A stretch of 64,000 nucleotides of DNA from Patescibacteria group bacterium. GTDB taxonomy: Bacteria; Patescibacteriota; Patescibacteriia; CAIXNZ01. This document shows positions 19,322 through 29,800 of the stretch, piece by piece. Under the pieces are notes generated by a model that searched no databases, had not been told where the DNA came from, and saw nothing but the letters and a program-made list of their open reading frames with translations. The position numbers and the translations under genes are program-made. Position 1 is the stretch's first letter. Every line of letters starts with the position of its first letter. The stretch lies in the NCBI GenBank assembly GCA_028714455.1, contig JAQTMG010000004.1:5425-69424 (forward strand). Reading direction: 5' to 3'.

Positions 19322-22300
19322 ATGAATAAGAATTGGCGAAAAATTTTACTTTTAATCCCCATAATTTTGTTGGGAATGTTTGTGTTTGCCAATTTTGTTA
19401 GCGCGGCAACATTAGAAATCGGATTGAATTATGCCGGTGGCACCGGACTCGGTTCAACTGACATTCGCATAACAATTGCCAATGTCATTCGGGCATTTTT
19501 GGGACTCTTGGGTATTGTGGCCATAGCCATGATTTTGTATGGTGCTGTGATTTTTATGACTGCCCAGGGCGTACCGGAAAAAATTGACAAGGCCAAGAAA
19601 ATTTTAATCGCCGCCGTGATTGGTTTAGTTATTATTTTGTCGGCTTTTGCCATAGCCAGTTTTATTATAGGTAGAATTCTTGAGGCAACGGGACCAGGCG
19701 GCGGAGGTGACGGAGGCGGCGGCGGTGGAGGTGGCGGAGGAACGCCACCACCAACTTTTGGTTATTGTCAGGATCCAGATGTGGCGAGCGCAGGTCCCTA
19801 TATTTGTCGTTTAGCTCCCGCAGCCGGAGAAAGCGGTTCTTTCGTTACAATCTACGGAGGAAAATTTGATTCTTACGATTCAAATAATAGTAAGGTCGTG
19901 TTTAGTAAGGATGGCGCTGACACCGACGCTGTCATCGCCCTGTGTAACGGTAATCCCTCGTGGTCAGACAGTACCATTGTAATTGAAGTTCCTAATTTAA
20001 CAGATCTTGGTGATTACGACCTCGCTGTTATCACCTCAAATGGCAGTAGTAATGATAAACCAACTGGCACATCAATAGCACCGAACAATAGATTCACTTT
20101 GCAATCAGGCAACCCCGGGCCCGGAATCGCTTGTATGATGCCAAACGAAGGCAATGAAACAACCAGCGTTGAAGTTTATGGCAAGCGTTTTGGGGCTGCG
20201 GCTGGAGTCTTAAAATTTCAAAACAACGTATCAGCAGAAACTTCTACTTGGAGCGATATTCACATAACAAGCGCTGTACCGGCCGGAGCTCAAAGCGGCG
20301 AAGTTTTTGTTTATAATTCCAATAATGTTAAAAGCGATAACGGTTATAATTTTACCGTGACCTGCGGTGGTAATAACGATTGCTCAATTTCTAAATGCTG
20401 TCTTGGCCAATCCTGTGTTGCGGCAGGTTATTGCGCTCCAAATGTGGGAGAAAATTGCGATACTGATGCGGCGCTTGCCGGTTGTCAGGCGGGTGGTTGT
20501 ACAACGGGTTTATTTTGTGACCCCAATAATAATTGTACTTGCCAACCGCGCGGGGTTGGCTCGCCCTGCAGTTTAAGCGCAACTAGCTGTCAGGCAGATA
20601 ACACATTGTGCGGTTCCGGTCTTTATTGTTCAGCCTCAAGTTGTACTTGCCAGAATCTCCCCTCAATAACAAAAGTTGATCCCGATAATGGCGCACCAGG
20701 AAACTATGTAACAATTTTTGGCAGCGGTTTTGGAAATTCAGAAGGGCAGGTCTTTTTTGCCTCGACAAGAGCATCTTTGCCGACTGGCTGTGGCGCGGCC
20801 CAATTATGGACTGACAATCAGGTAGTCGTAGAAGTACCTAATGAGGCTACAAGCGGAAAGATAAGATTGGTTACAGCTGACAGCCACGAAGCGCTTTCGC
20901 CATCAGATTTTACTGTTAATGATACTGTCAGGCCATCGCTTTGCGGAGTAAATCCTAATTCCGGAAAATTTGGCGAGGCCATAACTTTAAACGGCAAGAA
21001 TTTTGGCAGTTCTATTTCTGACGCTTTAATCGGGGGGATTGATTTTAACAACAAGAGCGGCTGGACGTGGGCTGATGATTTAATTGGCAATCTGACTGTG
21101 CCCAATATTCAGCCAGCAACTTTGTCCGCACAAGTTAAGGTTGGAAATAATTTTAGCAACTCTTTAAATTTTTCTGTTTTGAGCACAGTAGGCGCACCCA
21201 AAATTGATTACATAGATCCAACGACTGGACGAGTTGGTCAATACATCACAATTTTTGGCAGCGGCTTTGGCGTTGAAGCGGGTACTGTCTATTTTCAAAA
21301 TAATTCGGCCGAGCCGAATTATAAAAATTGGGCCAAGGCCGACACTAATTTTCCCCAAGAATGTCTGGCCGCCGGATTTTGGCGTGACAGCAGCATCACC
21401 GTGAAAGTGCCGAGCGGGACAATCGAGAGCGGCAAGATAGTGGTTGAGGCAAAAAGCGGCGTCAGCAGCAACACTGCGGATTTTAGTTCTTGTACAAATT
21501 GCGCGTTGAGACCGGGCATATGCGCGGTTATTCCCAATCAAGCACCGGCTAATACTCAAAATATTTCAATCTTGGGCGATAACTTTGGCGACTATAACGC
21601 GCCAAACAGCAAGATATTATTTTGGAATAATCAGGCAAGTTCCGATAACCTTCAATCATTTTGGACTAATAATAAAGTAAGTTCTGTCACAGTTCCGGCC
21701 AATGCCACAACCGGCCCTTTGCAATTGGTTAATAGCGCGGGTATAAAAAGCAACCAGGTAAATTTCACTGTCTCGGATTGTCGCGTAAATTCTGGCATTT
21801 GCACCCAGGGACAAATTTGCTGTCAGACAGACGGTATTTGCAAAACAGCCTCCGAATGCTCGGGAGCAGCCGCCCAGACCTGCAGTTATGACTTTTCTTT
21901 TACGACTGGCAGATTGCCGGCCGGGCCGCCGCAGGTAATTGAAGATTTTGCTTGCGAGACCGATACCCAGAGTCCTTCGCCTTGGAGAAATTCAACCGGA
22001 AATTGCAAAAACGCGGGTATCGGAGCCAGATTCAATCAGCCGATGATTTTCAGCTCGCTGACAAGCGCTTTTGTGATTCAAGACTGCACAAACGCAGGCG
22101 GCAATTATGATACGACAAAATGCGGAAATCAAATAAGCGCCGGCTCCTTTACGACCACAAGCGGTGAAACAGAAAGTGGTTTCACGTTTTTCCCCTCCAG
22201 CGGCTGGGCAGTGGGGCATTGGTATAGGGTTAATTTGTTGAGCCAATATCTTAAATCAGAAGAGGGAGTAAACCTTGATGGTGACCGCGACGGCTTGGCA

Positions 22301-22726
22301 GGCGGCGACTATGGCTGGTTTTTCCAGATAGATCCAAACGGTGTGGATTGTCAGCCAAGCAGCGTCCTAGTCACGCCAGCCGAACCAAATCCCATAATTT
22401 TAACCTCGCTAAATAAGGCACAGGAATATCAAGGCAGCGCCATGGCCGCGGGTTGTAATCTACTTAACTCAAATAATTTCCCCTGGCAGTGGAGCGTTGT
22501 AAGCATAGCCGATCCTTTTAATTCTGGCGTGGTTAGTCTCTCATCAACAAACACGGCGCGGACTACGGCTTCGCCCCTGGACCAGGGCCAGGTTTACGTA
22601 AAGCCGAAATTTATCCAAACGACTCTAGGAATCTTTACGATAGCGATAACGAACTTGATGTTGATTTGGGCAAGCCGCAGATTGACAGAATCTACCCGAC
22701 TGCCGGAATCGTCAGATCCGACGTAA
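19322..22726 (+). CDS. Large surface protein with the same pilin-like N-domain, a poly-Gly linker, IPT/TIG-like repeats and Cys-rich modules. The 3' end is out of frame; it probably continues into the next ORF.
   Basis: The N-terminus is about 60% identical to the preceding ORF. It has the stretch GGGGDGGGGGGGGGG and repeated (I/V)TI(F/Y)G.(G/N)FG motifs typical of IPT/TIG. The last ~40 residues read as low-complexity noise, which points to a frameshift. Confidence 0.55.
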   Translation: MNKNWRKILLLIPIILLGMFVFANFVSAATLEIGLNYAGGTGLGSTDIRITIANVIRAFLGLLGIVAIAMILYGAVIFMTAQGVPEKIDKAKKILIAAVIGLVIILSAFAIASFIIGRILEATGPGGGGDGGGGGGGGGGTPPPTFGYCQDPDVASAGPYICRLAPAAGESGSFVTIYGGKFDSYDSNNSKVVFSKDGADTDAVIALCNGNPSWSDSTIVIEVPNLTDLGDYDLAVITSNGSSNDKPTGTSIAPNNRFTLQSGNPGPGIACMMPNEGNETTSVEVYGKRFGAAAGVLKFQNNVSAETSTWSDIHITSAVPAGAQSGEVFVYNSNNVKSDNGYNFTVTCGGNNDCSISKCCLGQSCVAAGYCAPNVGENCDTDAALAGCQAGGCTTGLFCDPNNNCTCQPRGVGSPCSLSATSCQADNTLCGSGLYCSASSCTCQNLPSITKVDPDNGAPGNYVTIFGSGFGNSEGQVFFASTRASLPTGCGAAQLWTDNQVVVEVPNEATSGKIRLVTADSHEALSPSDFTVNDTVRPSLCGVNPNSGKFGEAITLNGKNFGSSISDALIGGIDFNNKSGWTWADDLIGNLTVPNIQPATLSAQVKVGNNFSNSLNFSVLSTVGAPKIDYIDPTTGRVGQYITIFGSGFGVEAGTVYFQNNSAEPNYKNWAKADTNFPQECLAAGFWRDSSITVKVPSGTIESGKIVVEAKSGVSSNTADFSSCTNCALRPGICAVIPNQAPANTQNISILGDNFGDYNAPNSKILFWNNQASSDNLQSFWTNNKVSSVTVPANATTGPLQLVNSAGIKSNQVNFTVSDCRVNSGICTQGQICCQTDGICKTASECSGAAAQTCSYDFSFTTGRLPAGPPQVIEDFACETDTQSPSPWRNSTGNCKNAGIGARFNQPMIFSSLTSAFVIQDCTNAGGNYDTTKCGNQISAGSFTTTSGETESGFTFFPSSGWAVGHWYRVNLLSQYLKSEEGVNLDGDRDGLAGGDYGWFFQIDPNGVDCQPSSVLVTPAEPNPIILTSLNKAQEYQGSAMAAGCNLLNSNNFPWQWSVVSIADPFNSGVVSLSSTNTARTTASPLDQGQVYVKPKFIQTTLGIFTIAITNLMLIWASRRLTESTRLPESSDPT

Positions 22727-25700
22727 CCACAAACATAACCATTTACGGCAAAAATTTCGGCGCCATTAAGGGCGAGACAAGAGTTCTGTTTGCCGCTCCT
22801 CCCTATAAAGAAGCGGAATTAGTCGATTGTAAAAATAATTGGTCAGACACTATTATAATGATAAAAGCGCCAGTCGCGGTTTTGCCGCTAAACATGAACA
22901 CGGCGTCTTTTAAAATATCAAAACCAGCCAAGGGTGATTCCAATTCGGTTATTTTTAAAAGGGATGATAGCAAAATTTATCCCTTCCTTTGCTCGCTTGA
23001 TCCGAGTCATGGCCTGAAAGGGGATGCTCTAGTTGCCACAGGCACAAATTTTGGCAATTCAAATGTGAGCGTTGTTAATGGTAAGACTTATAATTTACAG
23101 AGTAATGTTGATTTTGTATTTTCACAAAACCTCGGGGACGATGCTATTGTTTCCCCGGATAATATTAAAAGTTGGACCACTACAGCGCTTAACTTTTTAA
23201 CTCCCGATAATAATATAAATTCGGCCAGCGCTAATGTGAGTGTTCAAATTAATCCCTCGGCTTATCCTTATATTGATACAAACAAAAACGGAATCTGGAA
23301 TGCTGGTGAAACATTTTTTAACACTCAAACCGGCAGAGAAAATGACGGAAGTTACAATCCGGGTGCTCAATTTAACAGCAATGATTTGCCTTTTGATTTT
23401 AATCCCGTGATTACTTCGGTAACCCCTGATAATGGACCCAATAAATCATGGATTACGATAACCGGTTACAATTTTGGCAAGACGGCAGGAACCGTTTGTT
23501 TTGATTCAACCTGTGCCGCTTATTTTCCGCCGTTACCTTGCAAAAACAATTGGTCAAATACTCAAATCATTGTGGCGGTTCCTGATAATCTTTCCCTCGG
23601 AGGAATTCAGCTCTCCATTAAAACCACTAAAAATCTGCAGAGTAATTTCGTGAATTTTACCGTGAACGCGAATCCTCTCGCGCCCGGTATCTGCGATATC
23701 ACTCCGGCCGTCAATTATATTGGTTATTATCCATACATTTACGGCACAAGATTTGGAGACACGCAGGGAGCGAGTCAGGTGATTTTTAACAGCAATAAAT
23801 CTTCGGCTATTTATTATAGTCCCCCCGGCTGGACTGACACTTATTTGAGGCCGCGTATTGAAGTAGGCTCGACAAGTGGTTTTGCGTATGTCAGTAAAAA
23901 GGTGCAAGTCGGTCAGGCCTGCGTCGGCTTTAGTATTGGTTCTTTTTGTCCTTCGGGGCAATACAGTCCAATCTACCAAACGTTATTAAGTAATCCTTTC
24001 TTTGTTACTATTTTACAAAATCCGCCGCCTCCAAGTTCGGGAACAGGCGCAAAATGTACTTCAGACGCCGAGTGTCAGCAAAATAATCCCAACTGTTTAA
24101 GTAAATGCGTGGAAGGTATTTGTGAACCTTATATAGCAGATTTTTCTCCAAAGCAGGGACCTTTGGGCACTTGGGTTACGATAAACGGTTGCCACTTTGG
24201 TTGCGCCAAAGGAAACGTATATTTTACGGGTCTTAAACAATCAAATTATACCAATAACGAGACAGCCTTCTTTGATTTTAAAAACAACACCAACGATGTC
24301 TCTGGTCACGACAACAATGTTACTCCCATTAATTCCGTAACTGGTGCTATTGATAATTCTATACTGAAAGATGGTTATGTTGACTTGAACGGAACCAATC
24401 AATGCTTAATTTCAAATTACAACTGCACAGTCGCCAACCCCTGTTTTAATTCTGGGAGCGCTGATGGAGTTGACGGGATAACCGTAGCGGCCTGGATAAA
24501 AATACCGGAACAGCCCACTGGTAATTACGTAATCGCTTCGCAGGGCGGCGGTAATTATGGCGGTTATGATTTCTGGGACTTATTCGTTAGCTCTGATCGT
24601 AGACTTTATATTTATCTTAATAATTATCCCACGGCAAGTCTTCAGGCGGGAACGGCAGCCTTAACTATCCCCCTAAACACTTGGGTGCATGTGGCCGCGG
24701 TAGCCTGGACCGATGTCTCTAAAAATACCACCTACTTAAGAGTTTATATTAATGGGGTAGAGCACACTTTAAATATCAACAGCCTGAATGCCATCGCCTT
24801 GCCACAGACTCGAATTAATCCTCTACTAATCGGAGCGATCTCCTGGTTTACCCCGTCGTTATTTGGACAGACCTATTATAAAAAAGATTTGTTTAAAGGG
24901 CAGATTGATGATGTCAGGTTTTATAACCGCCCCCTATCGCCCGATGATGTTAAGAGAATAAATGACTTTGGTAATGAAAATGTCAACGGCGGTCTTGGTT
25001 ATAATGTCTTGGGCCTGCAGCCCGGTAATGCCAATTGTACTTTCTGGAATTGTTCGGCTAACGGGTTCAATGATCAGATAACTATTGAAGTGCCGAACAA
25101 AAATACCGAAACGACAAATGACGACGCGCATACCGGACCGATTGAGGTGGTAACCGGCGATAAGCTGGTCGAAAATACTTCCCATTTGGCTTCAGGCAAT
25201 TTTACCGTGAACGCCGATTCGTTGCCGCCCAACATCTGCAAAGTGGAACCCGGCCTCGGTTCCGCCGGTCAGATAGTCAAGATTTTCGGAGATAATCTAA
25301 AATTTTCAGATTTTGTCAGTTTAATCCCCAAGACCATTTTGGGCTTTCTTGACGAGCCGTATCTGGACTTGAACAATAATTTTTCATTTGATAACGGCGA
25401 AAATTACATCGACATTAACAACAACGGACAATATGACACCAGCACCTCGGCTTCGGCCCCGATAAAATCGGCCTTTACTTTTTCCATAGATTCTTCGCTT
25501 TACATCACAAGTTCCGAACAAGGCGGCTGTCCGGATAATTACAGCAATCCCACAAACGGCGTTGATTCCGATAAGACTCTTTGTTTTAAGGTGCCTGCTG
25601 GAGCGGCAGGTGAAGGACAGCCAGATCTGACTGCTAAAAATTCAGTCAGCGTCAAGAGAAATAACTCGACGAGCAATGATTTGGATTTCTCGGTTAATTT

Positions 25701-26805
25701 TCCAAGCGGCAGCACAGCTGACGCGCTAAGAGTGGAATCAACCATACCCGCGGCAGATCAAGCCAATTTTTGCAGAAACGGTTTATCTAATATTTATTTC
25801 GATAGCTTGGTCGATCCGAAAACGATCACAAAAACAAATTTTTCTCTGGAGTGCAGCACAACACCGCTGGGTTATGAAAATAAAAGCGGCTGGAAAAAGG
25901 GTTTGGCGTTTTTTAAAAATATTTTCGGCAAATTATTGGGTACAGACAGCTCTGCTTTAGCCGCCAATAAATGTCCAAGCGATTTTAGTCTAAATGATTA
26001 TGCTCTTAACTCTATTGTCTATCAGGGAAAAACAGTTGTCACTGTTTCTCCCAACGAATTATTGGATGCCGGGACCGTTTTTCAGGTAACGATTAATGGC
26101 GGCGATAGCGGCGTGAAAAAGATTAATGGGGCAAAACTTGAAGTAGAGAAATATGTTTTTAAATTTGAGACTGCTGGCGATCCTAATCTCGGCGACGCCG
26201 AGACCAACGGCATCTGTCAGGTTGATAATATTTTCGTCTTTGTCGCGAATACGGCAGACACCAATGCCGAAGATTTGAGAGAAAATTACACGGATTTATT
26301 CACTTGCGCCGGCGACAACTGCCAAACAAGCGTGGACTTTGATCAGAGCAGCCTTGCGGGTAACCAGCACAGATATCACGCGGTCGCCAAATCAATCGGC
26401 GGCGTAACAATTAGGTCCAATTATACCTGGTCCAGATCAGACGATTTGGATCCCAGACGCGCTTTGAGTTTCCACGAAGTTGACAGCAGCGGAGAAAACG
26501 CAGACACAAATTCCGACCAAAATAAATTCACCAACACCAGCGGCCAGGTTTATGTTACCAACGCGCCCATTTCGGAGACGGTTTCAAAATTAATTATTCA
26601 GGCCCAGGCCGAGGGTGTCAGTAGCAATGTCAAACAACGAGACTTTACAGTTTACCTGTTACTCTGCAGAAATCCCTGGCCCTCGCTCGACCAGAGGACT
26701 TTTCCGGAAGCTCAAATCAACGCTTATAATTTCGGGACCTGGTATTGCCGCGACGCGCCGCCTGGCTTTAACGAGGATTTGCCGGCCGCCAAAATTATCC
26801 AATAA
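22666..26805 (+). CDS. IPT/TIG-repeat surface protein lacking its own signal peptide; likely the C-terminal continuation of the 19322-22726 ORF
   Basis: It begins at a TTG in a region that stays open for >100 nt upstream in this frame. There is no signal peptide. IPT-like repeats (ITIYGKNFG, ITITGYNFG, KIFGDNL) continue. Confidence 0.5.
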   Translation: MGKPQIDRIYPTAGIVRSDVTTNITIYGKNFGAIKGETRVLFAAPPYKEAELVDCKNNWSDTIIMIKAPVAVLPLNMNTASFKISKPAKGDSNSVIFKRDDSKIYPFLCSLDPSHGLKGDALVATGTNFGNSNVSVVNGKTYNLQSNVDFVFSQNLGDDAIVSPDNIKSWTTTALNFLTPDNNINSASANVSVQINPSAYPYIDTNKNGIWNAGETFFNTQTGRENDGSYNPGAQFNSNDLPFDFNPVITSVTPDNGPNKSWITITGYNFGKTAGTVCFDSTCAAYFPPLPCKNNWSNTQIIVAVPDNLSLGGIQLSIKTTKNLQSNFVNFTVNANPLAPGICDITPAVNYIGYYPYIYGTRFGDTQGASQVIFNSNKSSAIYYSPPGWTDTYLRPRIEVGSTSGFAYVSKKVQVGQACVGFSIGSFCPSGQYSPIYQTLLSNPFFVTILQNPPPPSSGTGAKCTSDAECQQNNPNCLSKCVEGICEPYIADFSPKQGPLGTWVTINGCHFGCAKGNVYFTGLKQSNYTNNETAFFDFKNNTNDVSGHDNNVTPINSVTGAIDNSILKDGYVDLNGTNQCLISNYNCTVANPCFNSGSADGVDGITVAAWIKIPEQPTGNYVIASQGGGNYGGYDFWDLFVSSDRRLYIYLNNYPTASLQAGTAALTIPLNTWVHVAAVAWTDVSKNTTYLRVYINGVEHTLNINSLNAIALPQTRINPLLIGAISWFTPSLFGQTYYKKDLFKGQIDDVRFYNRPLSPDDVKRINDFGNENVNGGLGYNVLGLQPGNANCTFWNCSANGFNDQITIEVPNKNTETTNDDAHTGPIEVVTGDKLVENTSHLASGNFTVNADSLPPNICKVEPGLGSAGQIVKIFGDNLKFSDFVSLIPKTILGFLDEPYLDLNNNFSFDNGENYIDINNNGQYDTSTSASAPIKSAFTFSIDSSLYITSSEQGGCPDNYSNPTNGVDSDKTLCFKVPAGAAGEGQPDLTAKNSVSVKRNNSTSNDLDFSVNFPSGSTADALRVESTIPAADQANFCRNGLSNIYFDSLVDPKTITKTNFSLECSTTPLGYENKSGWKKGLAFFKNIFGKLLGTDSSALAANKCPSDFSLNDYALNSIVYQGKTVVTVSPNELLDAGTVFQVTINGGDSGVKKINGAKLEVEKYVFKFETAGDPNLGDAETNGICQVDNIFVFVANTADTNAEDLRENYTDLFTCAGDNCQTSVDFDQSSLAGNQHRYHAVAKSIGGVTIRSNYTWSRSDDLDPRRALSFHEVDSSGENADTNSDQNKFTNTSGQVYVTNAPISETVSKLIIQAQAEGVSSNVKQRDFTVYLLLCRNPWPSLDQRTFPEAQINAYNFGTWYCRDAPPGFNEDLPAAKIIQ

Positions 26806-26830
26806 TGCTAAAAAGAGTTAAAATATATAT

Positions 26831-29800
26831 ATGAAAAATACTGGTAAAAATTTAATAATCTTTTTCCTCGCATTAGCTGTTATAATATTCCCTAATTTGT
26901 CTAAGGCCCAGGCGGCCGATGACCTTTTGCACGAATATATTTTACCAATCAGCTCTTATCAGGATTTGGGCACTGTCGTAGCCAAGAAAGGCGCCGAATG
27001 CGATACGGCCATTCTTTACGATAATCTGGGCACAGGCAGTCCGACAAACTGTGCCGCCTTGAGTCAGAGCGGCGACATAAAAAAAGCCGACAGCGTAAAT
27101 AATTATTTAGAGGTAGATAAACCGGCTGTCGTCTCTTACAGATTTAACATTAAAGAAGCGGGCAACTATATTTTTAAAATTCAGACGGCAAACCTGGCTG
27201 ACAATTTTTCAAATTTTTCCAATCAAGAAATCGATTATCTGCTGCAAGGCGCGAATATCCGTAATTTTATTAAGGAGAACGACGGCCTGGATTCTTCTTT
27301 CGACCAGTACGCCCTGGCCAGAAGTTTAATTTTCAGCGTCTACGTGAACGGCCAGAGAAAAGGCTATGTCATCGTGCCCGACACTGATTTTGCCACGCAG
27401 ATACAGACGGGGATAGTTGAGATAGGTAATCTCCAGCCCGGCGATCAGCAGATTGAATTGCGGTTTTTAAATGACTACAATCTGGATTTTTCCGGTTTGA
27501 CCTTGCCGGATTATTTTAATAATTTTTTAAACGTCGATTTGGATAGAAATAAAATTCTTGACGTAAACCCGATAATTTTCACCGCAGCCGTTGACAGCAT
27601 TTTGCCGATTGAAGACGTAATCGGCATCCGCATTTATTCCAATAACGAGAATAAATATCCAGCGGATTGGTATCGGGATAACGTTTTAAACCCCAACTCG
27701 AACCCGGAGAATGTAATGGTTGATGGTTATCAGGGCGTTTTAGATGGACGAACTGTCTATGTTTCCGCCGCCAATGTCGATATTAATACAGGCAAGATTT
27801 ATACCAATATTTATGTAATTGCTTATAATGAGAACGCCGCGCCGGCCACCACGGAGATATATAAATTAATGCTGGCGAATTTTAATTTTAATACAAATCT
27901 GCAGGTTTTTTATCCCGGGGATTATGTCAAGAAAAAAGATCAATTGAGAAGAGATACAATCAGAAAGGCGGACGTCAACCGTTTGAATCAGCTGCTGGCG
28001 TCTTACCGCCAAAAGAACGGCAGCTTCCCGGCGATGAGCGCGGGAACGTTCGTGCCTGGCCATACGATCTCGACCTGGCCTTCCTGGCAGGCGAATTTAG
28101 GAAACGCGCTTGGTTTTGGTCTGCCCGCGGACCCGTTGAATTATATGTCAACGACGATTTTTCAAAATGATTGCACCGGCAGCAATTCTACTTCTGAAAA
28201 TTGCGCCAATGTCTGCAGTAGGGATGCGAGCAGTAATCCCTTGACCGGTTGTCCGGCCAATCAGCAATGCGTTGATGGACAGTTTTGCTCAATCTGTCCG
28301 CCGGGTTATGACGCCCTAACGTGCTGGGATCAAAATAATTTGAGATTTGCTTTCGAAACCTATAATTCGCAAAATTGCAGCAACACAAATCTGCTGGGCG
28401 CTTTTAATCTCGGAGGAAGCGTGCCGTGTTCTTATGATGGCTCTTTTGTCTACCAATATACCGCCCTAAACGGGGGCAAGGCGTATCTTTTGAATTATCG
28501 CCTGGAATATCAGACCAGCGAAACCTGTCGGCCAGGGCAGTGTTTCAATTCGGAGAACGGCCAGTGTTACAATCCAGGCCAATGCGTTGATCCAATAGCG
28601 CATTCATATTGTCTGGCGGGCAGTCTGCTTTCTTCCTGCGGCGACGGTTTTCTGCAATCTGATTGCGGAGAAGAGTGCGACGGCAAATTGGGTTCTTCCA
28701 ATCTTTGCGCCGACAGCTTTGGCAATCACAATTTTTATACTCCGGTTTCCGGCACCTGCAGCTCGGATTGCAAAATTCAATCAAATACCGGTTTAACGCC
28801 GGCTGATTGCGGCGGTTATTGCGGCGACGCCATTATCCAAAGAGATCACGGAGAGACGTGCGATAATACGAGCGCTTATTGCGTAAACTGTCGCTGTCTT
28901 CCCAATTGCCAGGGCAGGTGCGGAGGCGCAGATGACGGCTGCGGAGGCAAATGTACGGCCAATTGCGGCTCTGGGCAAGTTTGCAGTACAAACGGCAATT
29001 GCGTGCCGCAAGATTGTTCGTTGGTTTGCTCGGGGAAATGCGGCATAGTCAGCACCTGCGACTGCGGCGGCTGCGTCACTGGTCAGGATTGCGTTAAAAA
29101 TACCTGCACAGTTTCGGCTGAACCCCCTTGTGTAGTTAATTGCAATGGCAAAAAGTGCGGTACTGATAATTGCGGCAATGAAAATGGCTGCGGTATTTGC
29201 GGCATCGGCAAAAAATGCGATGGGGCGAGCGGCCAGTGCGTTAGCGATTGCGCGTCGACATGCGTACCCTATAATTTAGAATCAAAAATTTACCCCTGCG
29301 GTTATGATGGCTGCACCAACCGATATGGCTGTTTCTATTTAACCGAAGAAAATAAATATAACACAACTAATACGGCAACTGATTGCCAAACAGATTACAA
29401 ACTGGGCGGTTCGGCTTGGACCTGCAATCAATTTTTGGGTCGCTGTACCTGCGAGCTGTCGCCGACCGATCCTCGCTCCTGCCTAGACAGGTGCTCTGGC
29501 TATGACGGCTGCGGACGCATCTGCGGCGTGTCCGGTCAATGTAAGGAAGGGCCATGCAATACCAACGGCCTAGTGAAACCGGGCGCTGACAAATCAACAT
29601 TAAATAGATGTTTAACTTGTTCCAATTATTGTCAGATCTGGAAGGGCGAGGGAGGCAGTTCAAGTTGTTACGATTATAAGATAGTTACCGTACCTCCATT
29701 TGATTTTGTTGATACCGACGGGACCGGTTATCCAGTGACTGTTTACGTACCAAATAATATAGTAAGCACGGGTATTAGATTTGTCGATAAAGATGACAGA

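Noticed and set aside
20367-22246. Multiple 60-130-aa ORFs on the minus strand, plus one on the + strand (20367..20576), inside the giant surface-protein genes (also 23554-23979, 27866-30484, 45478-51321, 52025-53215, 55060-55476)
   Set aside because: All are antisense to long, motif-bearing + strand genes in relatively GC-richer repetitive sequence, where stop codons are depleted by chance. None has a Shine-Dalgarno sequence.
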